Positions 8,342 through 15,967 of a stretch of DNA of 20,968 nucleotides are shown piece by piece. The stretch comes from Pseudomonadota bacterium (GTDB taxonomy: Bacteria; Bdellovibrionota; Bdellovibrionia; Bdellovibrionales; SG-bin7): positions 1 to 20,968 of the forward strand of contig JAWXAY010000017.1 of NCBI GenBank assembly GCA_034439715.1, written 5' to 3'. A model generated the notes under the pieces. It was not told the origin of the DNA. It saw only the letters and a list, made by a program, of their open reading frames with translations, and did no database searches. The translations under genes and the position numbers were made by a program. How positions within the stretch are numbered: position 1 is the stretch's first letter; each line of letters opens with the position of its first letter.

Positions 8342-9585
8342 AAAGACTCCGATTCTTGTTGGGGATAAGAAAGGCACTCATTTCGCGAAGCCACATTTGC
8401 AAATAACTTTTTTAGATTATAGCCAGAATTTTCGAGTTCAGCGGTTAGGGGTTCTAACAGCTCAGGGGCCGTGTCCTTAATGACCTTGCCGCAGACTTCT
8501 TTAAAGACCTTAGTTACTAAGCAACGACTATAGGCCGAAGAGTTTGCGAGCATTTCGCCAAAAGCTTTGATTCCCACACCTTCGAGAGGCGTTCGCCAAC
8601 CAAAGTCGGCGCTGGGATTAAAATTTAATAAATTGTACCAACTATCATCGACAGTAACAAATCCAGCTGGGTAGATGTGACCATTCTGATTCATTTTTGG
8701 TTGCACACCTTTTTTTTGATAAACTAAGGTGAGATCCTTAAAATCTATTTTGGCAAAGGCGCCACCCATGGCATCCATAAAGCCATGACAGTTTCTGCAA
8801 CGATTCTGGTATTCAGATCCTTCATTGCCAGCGGCACGCGGGACATCTCTTCTCACAAACATATCGGGCACGGCCCGCATTTTCCAACTATCGATAGGTG
8901 CGCATAAGAAAACATTAAAAGCATTAGTTACACCTAGTCGATTTGTGTCTCCCGTATCATAATTGATTTTAGACCAGGCTCGAGACGTTAGAGCGCCTGC
9001 AGCAACATCTAATTCTTTCCACTGGTCTTGAACGAGTTCAAGGTCGTCATGAAAGCTGTAGTGTTGATTTTCAAATGTTAGGTAATGATCATTGTTAGAC
9101 AGCGATACTTCCGGCAGGCTAAGAGAATTTTGTCCACTGTAGCGAATGTCTCCGGTTAAGATAAGTCGCGCGTCTAATTCGTCGCGGGTTACACCTAAAA
9201 TTAAAGCTTGAAGGTCATTTAAAGCTTCGTGCGGCGAGCCATCCTTGCTAGAAAAAGGCGCCACAAAGTTTTTCATTCGAACATTCAGAAAGTTTTTTTC
9301 TTTGACGATTAAGTTAGCTGCCTCTAGGTGCTTTTTTTCTGCCAAGAGTCTTAGAACTTTCACAAAGTGGGGGTGTTTATCGGGAATAGTGCTGCCAGTT
9401 AGGATAGTGAATAGCCGTTGGGCATAGGCCATCTCAGTGGAAGCGTTGTTAAAAAGGGGTAGATTCAGAATTTTTTCGGACTTTATTTCGACTTTAGTCC
9501 CGCTGCAAATGGGTGCTGATGTCGCCATTGCCAACTGTACGCAGGCGGTTAATGGTAAAATAATTTTGGCTAGGTTTAGGAACAT
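8338..9585 (-). CDS. Exported mono-heme c protein related to the PSD/DUF1588-DUF1585 families
   Basis: Start reassigned to ATG 9585 (GGGAG RBS). Signal peptide; 'AGALTSRAW', 'TNR...FLC', 'CRNCHGFMDAMG' (CxxCH at 8785-8799); C-terminal 'FGEMLANS..YSRCLVTKVF...GYNLKKLF' resembles DUF1585. Confidence 0.75.
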   Translation of the reverse strand: MFLNLAKIILPLTACVQLAMATSAPICSGTKVEIKSEKILNLPLFNNASTEMAYAQRLFTILTGSTIPDKHPHFVKVLRLLAEKKHLEAANLIVKEKNFLNVRMKNFVAPFSSKDGSPHEALNDLQALILGVTRDELDARLILTGDIRYSGQNSLSLPEVSLSNNDHYLTFENQHYSFHDDLELVQDQWKELDVAAGALTSRAWSKINYDTGDTNRLGVTNAFNVFLCAPIDSWKMRAVPDMFVRRDVPRAAGNEGSEYQNRCRNCHGFMDAMGGAFAKIDFKDLTLVYQKKGVQPKMNQNGHIYPAGFVTVDDSWYNLLNFNPSADFGWRTPLEGVGIKAFGEMLANSSAYSRCLVTKVFKEVCGKVIKDTAPELLEPLTAELENSGYNLKKLFANVASRNECLSYPQQESESL

Positions 9586-9782
9586 TTTTACTCCCGGCTG
9601 TTGATTCAAAAATATAGGTGTTGTGCTAAGATTTTATCTAATGAGACGACATATGTGCAACAGAAACCTGATTGATTAATTTACCTAGGACCACGACTTT
9701 AGTAGCGTGAAATTAAGTGGTGATTGATTTGATTTAAAATCATCCCTACGATCAATTTTGAAAACTAAAAAAAGGGGAGAAC

Positions 9783-10136
9783 ATGAATAGATTTTTAGTG
9801 GCAATATTTTTAGGTTTTTTTTGTAATCAAGCGAGCGCCAACCAAGAGTTAATTTTTGAGTTTCATATTAAAGCCGGGACCCAGAGTGGTCCATGGAATG
9901 CTCCCGAAGATATGATCGAAGCAAAAATAGGCGACGTGGTTAGAATATTCAATGACGACTCAATAGATCATCAGTTACATACCGGCGGTGCACCATGTGC
10001 CCATAGTCCGGTGATAGCTCCCGGAAGAAGTTGGGATTGCGAAATTAGTAATGAGTACAACGCCAAATCCTCGGGCGCTCTTTATGATCATTCTTATGGT
10101 CCTGATGCTGCCTTTTGGCTAAGTGCCTCAAGATAG
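9783..10136 (+). CDS. Exported cupredoxin-like protein
   Basis: GGGGAG RBS; signal peptide ending ASA; 'IEAKIGDVVRIFNDDSIDHQLH...IAPGRSW...LYDH' follows the cupredoxin strand pattern. Confidence 0.7.
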   Translation: MNRFLVAIFLGFFCNQASANQELIFEFHIKAGTQSGPWNAPEDMIEAKIGDVVRIFNDDSIDHQLHTGGAPCAHSPVIAPGRSWDCEISNEYNAKSSGALYDHSYGPDAAFWLSASR

Positions 10137-10215
10137 ATTTATAATCAGATGCTCTTTGTTGGGTAAGCTTTAGTCTAGGCTCCAAAATTCCAAACCGGGC
10201 TGTACTAAATCATTT

Positions 10216-10242
10216 TAATCTTTAATGTTAATTTTCCGATAA
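10216..10242 (+). promoter_or_regulatory. Sigma28 (FliA)-like promoter
   Basis: TAAT-N15-TCCGATAA, 15 nt upstream of ATG 10258. Confidence 0.6.
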
Positions 10243-10257
10243 TTAAATGGGTAAATC

Positions 10258-11439
10258 ATGTATTTAGACTATAGCGTGTTTGATTCATTTTTGGATGGAA
10301 TTTTTATCGTAGATAAAAATTTAAACCTCATTTATTGCAACGAAATTGCCGCTAATCTCAGCGGTAATTCTTACCGACGTCTCAAATACAACTATGGAAA
10401 AGCCTTTACCAAATTCATTAAATTTGAAAACGAGTGGTTTACCGATAAAAAAATTCTGGCAAATGTCAAAGAGGCAACGCCCTACCTCCAGTTGCAAATG
10501 CTATTACAACATGGGGCGCCCAACAATGTTTTGGTAAGCATTCAAAAAATTCCACGGGAGTTACAAGGGTCAGATCACTGGATACTCATTATAAAGGACC
10601 AGACCGTTGAACAGATTCTTCACAAAAAGTACCGGCGGCAGCTAAAGCTTAAAGAGGATAACATTCGGGCACTCAAAGATCTAGATCACGCCAAAGATCG
10701 ATTTATGATTTTGATAACGCATGAACTTCGAACGCCGCTGTCAGCAATTCTTGGCACCTGTGATGTTTTGATAAATAAGCTTTATGACGATGAGTCGCAG
10801 CGAGATGCCTTTACTAAAACTATCTTTGAGCAATCAAAACATCTCTTAGAAATGGCCAACAACATATTGGATTACACGAAAATTCAAGCTGGTAAAATGG
10901 AGTATTACATTGAACACTTGGATATCCTGCCTCTAGTGAAAAGCTGTTTGGGTGCTTATGAATTGTGGGCTAAAGAAGAAAAAGTAAATCTGGAACTTAA
11001 AGCGAATATCGTTGAAAAATTTGCTTGTTACTATGATGCCGAGAGGTTACGACACGTTCTTAGGAGCGTTATTCACAATGCCGTCAGGTTTAACAAAAGA
11101 AACGGAAAAGTCGTTGTTGAAGTTTCGAGCGACCAGAGGTCCGATTCTACTCTAGTGACAATAAGTGATACCGGAGTGGGAATTCCTCATGAAAAACTCA
11201 GCATTGTTTTCAATGATTTTGAAGTGGGTATGGGAATGAATAATCACCAAAAGGGTACTGGCCTTAGTATGCCAATCTCAAAGAGAATTATTGAAAGTCT
11301 TGGAGGAAGAATTCTTTTGAGTAGCCAAGAAGGCGTAGGTACTAAGATAAAGATCTTTATTCCTAATGAAAAAGTTCTCGAAGATGAAGTTTACAGAACT
11401 CCACCCTTAAAAAATAATTCTGGCGATCTCGCTGCCTAA
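10258..11439 (+). CDS. Cytoplasmic PAS-domain sensor histidine kinase
   Basis: N-terminal PAS ('DGIFIVDKNLNLIYCNEIA'); H-box 'THELRTPL'; N-box 'IHNAVRF'; G1 'DTGVGI'; G2 'GTGLSMPI'; no TM segments. Confidence 0.92.
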   Translation: MYLDYSVFDSFLDGIFIVDKNLNLIYCNEIAANLSGNSYRRLKYNYGKAFTKFIKFENEWFTDKKILANVKEATPYLQLQMLLQHGAPNNVLVSIQKIPRELQGSDHWILIIKDQTVEQILHKKYRRQLKLKEDNIRALKDLDHAKDRFMILITHELRTPLSAILGTCDVLINKLYDDESQRDAFTKTIFEQSKHLLEMANNILDYTKIQAGKMEYYIEHLDILPLVKSCLGAYELWAKEEKVNLELKANIVEKFACYYDAERLRHVLRSVIHNAVRFNKRNGKVVVEVSSDQRSDSTLVTISDTGVGIPHEKLSIVFNDFEVGMGMNNHQKGTGLSMPISKRIIESLGGRILLSSQEGVGTKIKIFIPNEKVLEDEVYRTPPLKNNSGDLAA

Positions 11440-12009
11440 TTAGTTCAAACAATCGGTATTGACAAATGCCGCGCCGGCTTTTCGATAAACTTTAAACCAA
11501 CTTTCGTTGACTTCTTCAACCCAAATTTTAGATTTTGTTTTTGCCTTACCTACTTCTTTTGAGGCGGAATTAGCTCCTTCACGCATTGCGCACGCAGTTT
11601 TTACGGTCTTAAAGCCCACGTATTTTTTTATTCCCACTGGTTTTTTTGGCGAAGGTTTGGGTGCTAGTTTGGGCGAGCTCACTATTTTGGGCGTTTTAAA
11701 GGGTGCTGAGGGAGCTGAAAGCGCCGAGGTCCCAGCCGATACTGGAGGAGGGACTAGAGCAGGCTCTGGTTGCATTTCAGTTGTTTCTACTGGTGATGGA
11801 GCGACAGGCGGAATTTTTTCTCCCTCTTGAACAATGTTTAGAGGAGCATCATCACCCTCTTCGTCTTCTCCTTCGTCATCTCCTTCGTCTCCCATGTCAT
11901 CTGAAGCCGCCGACTCATCCTCTGGAGAATCTGGCGCTGTGTATCCGGGGTAAGAATAAAGAGTTATCGCCAATATAGCTGTCAGTAGTATATGAATAGT
12001 ATTTGCCAT
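11440..12009 (-). CDS. Secreted protein with acidic and Pro-rich linker and C-terminal SH3b-like domain
   Basis: Start reassigned to ATG 12009 (AAGGA RBS). Signal peptide, Asp/Glu tract, Pro/Lys tract, then 'CAMREGANSASKEVG...IWVEEVNESWFKV...AAFV', which is SH3b-like. Confidence 0.75.
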   Translation of the reverse strand: MANTIHILLTAILAITLYSYPGYTAPDSPEDESAASDDMGDEGDDEGEDEEGDDAPLNIVQEGEKIPPVAPSPVETTEMQPEPALVPPPVSAGTSALSAPSAPFKTPKIVSSPKLAPKPSPKKPVGIKKYVGFKTVKTACAMREGANSASKEVGKAKTKSKIWVEEVNESWFKVYRKAGAAFVNTDCLN

Positions 12010-12057
12010 GTGTACGTCCTTGTCGGATTCATTTTTATTAAAGGTTCCCAATGGTCC

Positions 12058-12084
12058 TTATCGGTACAATAGTTTTTTGTTTGA
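12058..12084 (-). promoter_or_regulatory. Sigma28 (FliA)-like promoter
   Basis: TCAA-N15-ACCGATAA on the minus strand, 48 nt upstream of ATG 12009; near-consensus. Confidence 0.7.
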
Positions 12085-12139
12085 CTGGACTTTTGCCTTT
12101 AATTCGCGCGACAATGTAACTTATAGTCCAGGAGTTGGG

Positions 12140-13063
12140 ATGCCAGATTCTCGTAGTCGAAGAATTCTTTGCGTTGATGACCAAAGCGAAAACCTCAAAC
12201 TTTTGCGTGAGGCTCTTGAGAAAGAATCCTACTCAGTCAATACCGCGAGCTCGGGCCCAGAGGCTGTCGAAAAAATCAATCAATGGATGCCAGATCTAGT
12301 TTTACTGGATCGAAACATGCCTGGCTTAAGTGGCTTAGAAGTTTTGCGACAACTCCGACAAAAAAGAAATTATACAGCAGTAATTTTTTTATCGGCGGAT
12401 TCACGCCCTACGATGGTTTCAGAATGTCTACTTGAGGGCGCAGATGATTATATTAGAAAACCCTTTTCATTTGTCGAACTCATTGCTCGTGTCGAGGTGA
12501 GATTTCGATTTAAAGATTTACAAGAAGAAAAAAACGAAGCGATTTTTCAGCTTCAGGAGCAAGCAGAAAGGGACCATCTGACAGGTTTGTTTAATATGCG
12601 GAGCATGTACGACAAAATTGACTTTGAGCTAAAGCGGGTTAAGCGCTATGGAGGTCAAATTGCTTGTATTATGATGGATATGGATTTTTTTAAACGGGTT
12701 AATGACGAACATGATCATCTTTTTGGAAGCTACGTTTTAAAAGAAGTTGGCCAAATTATTAAGGGCAATATTCGTGATACTGATTTGGCTGCTAGGTATG
12801 GAGGCGATGAATATTTGATCGTACTTACTCAAACCAATGCTGATGGAGTCAGGAATCTGTGTGAGCGCATTCGCCAAAAAATTGAAAGTACAAATTTTCG
12901 TAGCGGCAGCGATTCAATCAACCTTACAGCTAGTCTAGGTTACTGCATTGTGGGCAATGAAACCAAACTAGATGCCAGAAAACAAGTGCGTAACGCCGAT
13001 CACGCTTTATATGAGGCCAAAGGAAAAGGCCGAAATCGCGTGATAGGATTTTCCTCGACCTAA
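12140..13063 (+). CDS. dgcA: REC-GGDEF response regulator dinucleotide cyclase with Hypr signature (Bd0367/DgcA, GacA-like)
   Basis: Start reassigned to ATG 12140 (AGGAG RBS). REC domain ('CVDD', 'LDRNMP', 'KPF'). GGDEF domain with 'DHLTGLFNMRS', 'DMDFFKRVNDEHDHLFGS' (Ser where canonical enzymes have Asp), RxxD I-site 'RDTD' and active site 'GGDEY'. Confidence 0.9.
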   Translation: MPDSRSRRILCVDDQSENLKLLREALEKESYSVNTASSGPEAVEKINQWMPDLVLLDRNMPGLSGLEVLRQLRQKRNYTAVIFLSADSRPTMVSECLLEGADDYIRKPFSFVELIARVEVRFRFKDLQEEKNEAIFQLQEQAERDHLTGLFNMRSMYDKIDFELKRVKRYGGQIACIMMDMDFFKRVNDEHDHLFGSYVLKEVGQIIKGNIRDTDLAARYGGDEYLIVLTQTNADGVRNLCERIRQKIESTNFRSGSDSINLTASLGYCIVGNETKLDARKQVRNADHALYEAKGKGRNRVIGFSST

Positions 13064-13075
13064 GGACGAATAAAT

Positions 13076-13102
13076 TTACAGAATCGTTAGGAATTCCGAT
13101 AA
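13076..13102 (+). promoter_or_regulatory. Sigma28 (FliA)-like promoter, probably giving a leaderless mRNA
   Basis: TTAC-N15-TCCGATAA ending 6 nt before GTG 13109; no clear SD. Confidence 0.5.
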
Positions 13103-13108
13103 AGTAGA

Positions 13109-15517
13109 GTGGACCGCTATTTATTTATTATTACATTTATATTGTTGATTTTAGAAGCCGGCTGGTTTCTTGGGGATTTAGGGTTTATAGATCTTAAGTT
13201 TTTTTCAGGCAATTCAATTTCCAAAGTCGAAAGAAGCGTCGGGAAATTGACCCAAACAAAACGAAACGTGCGCCGAAGAATAAAAGACAGTATTGTCTGG
13301 GAGGAATCTGCCCCGGAAGACTCGGTTTACAACCATGATTCGATTTTAACACTTTCACAAAGTTCAGCAACGCTTGAGCTCGGCAATCTAAGTAGAATTT
13401 CTCTCTCTGAAAACACTTTGATAATGGTGGAGTTACCTGACATTCAAGGAGACTCTCGAATTCGTCTTAAATTTTCAAAAGGAGACATCAAAACGAGGAC
13501 CACCGCGAGAAAAATGCAGATTACTACTAAGTCATTTACGATCGATGCCAGCGAAGGGGCAGAGCTAAATTTACGATCAGTGGGGCTAGACAATGTGGAG
13601 GTCGAAATTCTTAAGGGGAGTGCAAGTTTAAAAAATGAGAATACCAATCAAAATCTCGTTCAAGGGGATTTGGCTCTGCTGAATAAAGAATTGGTCACTT
13701 CTACTGTTAAACTTAAAGAAGACTTGAAGTGGATCACTCCCGATGGGGGCAGAGCTTACACTCACACAGTTCCGGTAGGCGTTCTTTTAAAATGGGAGGG
13801 TGAGGCCGATACACTTTGGCATCTATCACCCGCCGGGGCGACGAATGAAAAACCGATTTCAGGCCAAAGCACAGCCTTAATATTAGGCCCGGGCTCACAT
13901 AGTTTTCGTTTAAAGACAAAGGATAGCACTTCAAAAACTCTGCTGTTAAGCGTGTGGAAGGCTCCCGTCATTCATTTGCTTTCTCCGTTGCCTCGAGACC
14001 GCCTGTCGCTCTCTTCAAACCAACTTTTTAGTTGGGTTTCTACCAATATGGCTAAAGAGTACCGAGTACAACTTAGTCTCGATCCAAATTTTACCAACGT
14101 CGTTTACGATAAAAAAACTTCGAAGCCAAATCAGGAATTGGTTTTGGTTGATGAAGGAAATTACTATTGGCGCGTTGAAGGCATCGATGACTTAGGTTAT
14201 GTTATTCCGCCGCCTTATAAAAACCAGATATATAATTATCAGGATTTATTGGAAGCTCCGACACTTAAGTCTCCTCGAGCCAGAGAGCCGGCTAACGAAC
14301 CTGCCCAAGAAAAAGACGGTGCTTTTTATAGGTTTATTCAAAAAATATTTGGGCTGGCCATTAACAAAGCTTACGCAGAAACTCCGAAATACGATGTGGA
14401 ATTTGAGTGGGAAGTTGTTCCTGGTGCAGATCATTATGTTGTCGAAATCGACCGCGAAGGAAATTTTCAAAAACCCATGACGGTGGTAAAAGTTGAAGGC
14501 CAGTCATTTTTGTGGAGAGGCTCCGAACTAGGCAGTTATTTCTGGCGGGTGGCTGCAGGTCGTGGCCCAAAGATGGGTAAATTTTCGCGGGCCTCAGTAC
14601 TGGATATGAACAAGGCGATCAGGGATTCCAAGGTGGCCAAAGAAATGGGTGTGAAAATAAAAAAATCGGAGGTGGCTACTCCGGCAGCTCTACCTTTGCC
14701 AGTCGCAAAAACTGAAAAAAAAATCAAACTTGTTAAAGTTGCAAAGTCGCTGCCACCACCCCAGCCAGCACCATCGCCCTCACCGCCAGATCTAAAGGTT
14801 CCCATTTCTGTAACTATTGCTGCCGAACAAGAGCAAAAAACTTTGAAGGAAGAAAAACCACCCCCAGTGCCAACCCCACTGGCAGAACCAAAACCCGCCA
14901 AATTGGCGTGGTCAAAAACTAAAGTTTCCGGGAAATTTTTTCTGGGAACCGCTTATGAGTCTACCACAATCAGCGCCCCTCAATCACTACAGTCGGAATT
15001 TAATGGTTTGGCTGCCTATTACGGACATTTAGAGGTCGAGTTGGCACATTCTGAAAAGCCAAACTTTCTGGTTCACTCCAGTTTCAGTCGTAGCGACTGG
15101 CAGCCAGAATCGAAAATACTTTATCCCTTTCAAGGAGAAGTTAGCACGAGCGCGCTAAGAAACTCCTTTTTGATTTCTCGAGAAAAATATTATATTGGCC
15201 TTGCACTGTCACAGGTGTCCATTATTGAACGAGCCACTTACGATGCGCTATTGACCAAAGAGATTTGGCTTTATGGCCTAGCGGCATTTTGTCGCTTTAA
15301 CCTTCGACCGAATCTGCTGGCCGCGCATGAATTGACACTTACTGGTGGCAGCGCTGTTATAGAGTTATATTTGAAAAATAGTTTAAATTATTTATTTCCG
15401 ACAGGACAATCAATAGGTCTTATCTTAGGAGCCGATCTCAATCTCGGCTTTCAAAATGGTCAGGATCGCGACGGCATCCAAGGCAGTTTGGGTGCCACCT
15501 TGGGATTGAGTTGGTAA
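13109..15517 (+). CDS. Membrane-anchored FecR-domain protein with Ig/FN3-like repeats, Pro-rich linker and C-terminal beta-strand-rich domain
   Basis: N-terminal TM; FecR-like 'VYNHDSILTLSQSSATLEL...ISLSENTLI...VEVEILKGSASL'; FN3-like 'FSW...YRVQLSLDPNF...GNYYWRVEG' and 'FEWEVVPGADHYVVEID...GSYFWRVAA'; Pro-rich tract; amphipathic strands ending 'GATLGLSW'. Confidence 0.8.
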   Translation: MDRYLFIITFILLILEAGWFLGDLGFIDLKFFSGNSISKVERSVGKLTQTKRNVRRRIKDSIVWEESAPEDSVYNHDSILTLSQSSATLELGNLSRISLSENTLIMVELPDIQGDSRIRLKFSKGDIKTRTTARKMQITTKSFTIDASEGAELNLRSVGLDNVEVEILKGSASLKNENTNQNLVQGDLALLNKELVTSTVKLKEDLKWITPDGGRAYTHTVPVGVLLKWEGEADTLWHLSPAGATNEKPISGQSTALILGPGSHSFRLKTKDSTSKTLLLSVWKAPVIHLLSPLPRDRLSLSSNQLFSWVSTNMAKEYRVQLSLDPNFTNVVYDKKTSKPNQELVLVDEGNYYWRVEGIDDLGYVIPPPYKNQIYNYQDLLEAPTLKSPRAREPANEPAQEKDGAFYRFIQKIFGLAINKAYAETPKYDVEFEWEVVPGADHYVVEIDREGNFQKPMTVVKVEGQSFLWRGSELGSYFWRVAAGRGPKMGKFSRASVLDMNKAIRDSKVAKEMGVKIKKSEVATPAALPLPVAKTEKKIKLVKVAKSLPPPQPAPSPSPPDLKVPISVTIAAEQEQKTLKEEKPPPVPTPLAEPKPAKLAWSKTKVSGKFFLGTAYESTTISAPQSLQSEFNGLAAYYGHLEVELAHSEKPNFLVHSSFSRSDWQPESKILYPFQGEVSTSALRNSFLISREKYYIGLALSQVSIIERATYDALLTKEIWLYGLAAFCRFNLRPNLLAAHELTLTGGSAVIELYLKNSLNYLFPTGQSIGLILGADLNLGFQNGQDRDGIQGSLGATLGLSW

Positions 15518-15534
15518 AAAATATAAAGACAGGA

Positions 15535-15966
15535 TTAGCCTGTTTTTTTATTGGCAGGATTCGGTAAGGGCATGCGAAAGCCTAGGACTTCCTCTACTTT
15601 TTCTTTAAAGGCCTGACCGCGGAATGGTTTAATCAAGTAGGCGTCGACCTTCCACTTTGCGGCGCGAGAAATCTTAATTCGCTCCATCGAGTTTTGGCTA
15701 GTGACCATCATAAACTTTAAATCTTTTCTTTCTACATTTTTTCGAACCGCTTGCAACACCGAAAGTCCGTCACCGCCTGGCATTTCCCAGTCTGAAATAA
15801 TAAAGTCGAGTCTTTGTTTGGTGTCTTGGACCACATTAATAGCTGTTTGAGCATTTCGGGCAGAAATAATTTTTTGAAAACCAAAACTTTTCAGATATTC
15901 GATGAGAATGTCTCTGACCATGGCGTCGTCGTCTATAACAAGAACTACGGTTTCGCTAATATCCAT
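15535..15966 (-). CDS. Single-domain CheY-like response regulator
   Basis: 'VLVIDDD', phospho-Asp 'SDWEMP', 'MVTS', 'YLIKPF'. Start placed at ATG 15966 (AGGA RBS, 1 nt after the upstream TAA); the ORF track start is 15981. Confidence 0.9.
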   Translation of the reverse strand: MDISETVVLVIDDDAMVRDILIEYLKSFGFQKIISARNAQTAINVVQDTKQRLDFIISDWEMPGGDGLSVLQAVRKNVERKDLKFMMVTSQNSMERIKISRAAKWKVDAYLIKPFRGQAFKEKVEEVLGFRMPLPNPANKKTG

Positions 15967-15967
15967 A

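Noticed and set aside
9729..9743. FNR box in the divergent promoter (TTGAT-TTAAA-ATCAT)
   Set aside because: The spacer is 5 nt rather than the required 4, and the right half-site is imperfect.
12052..12139. GEMM-I/Ib (c-di-GMP or cGAMP) riboswitch near the cyclase or in other intergenic regions
   Set aside because: No GEMM P1/P2 consensus was seen by eye, and most intergenic regions are too short; an Rfam scan would be needed to exclude it formally.
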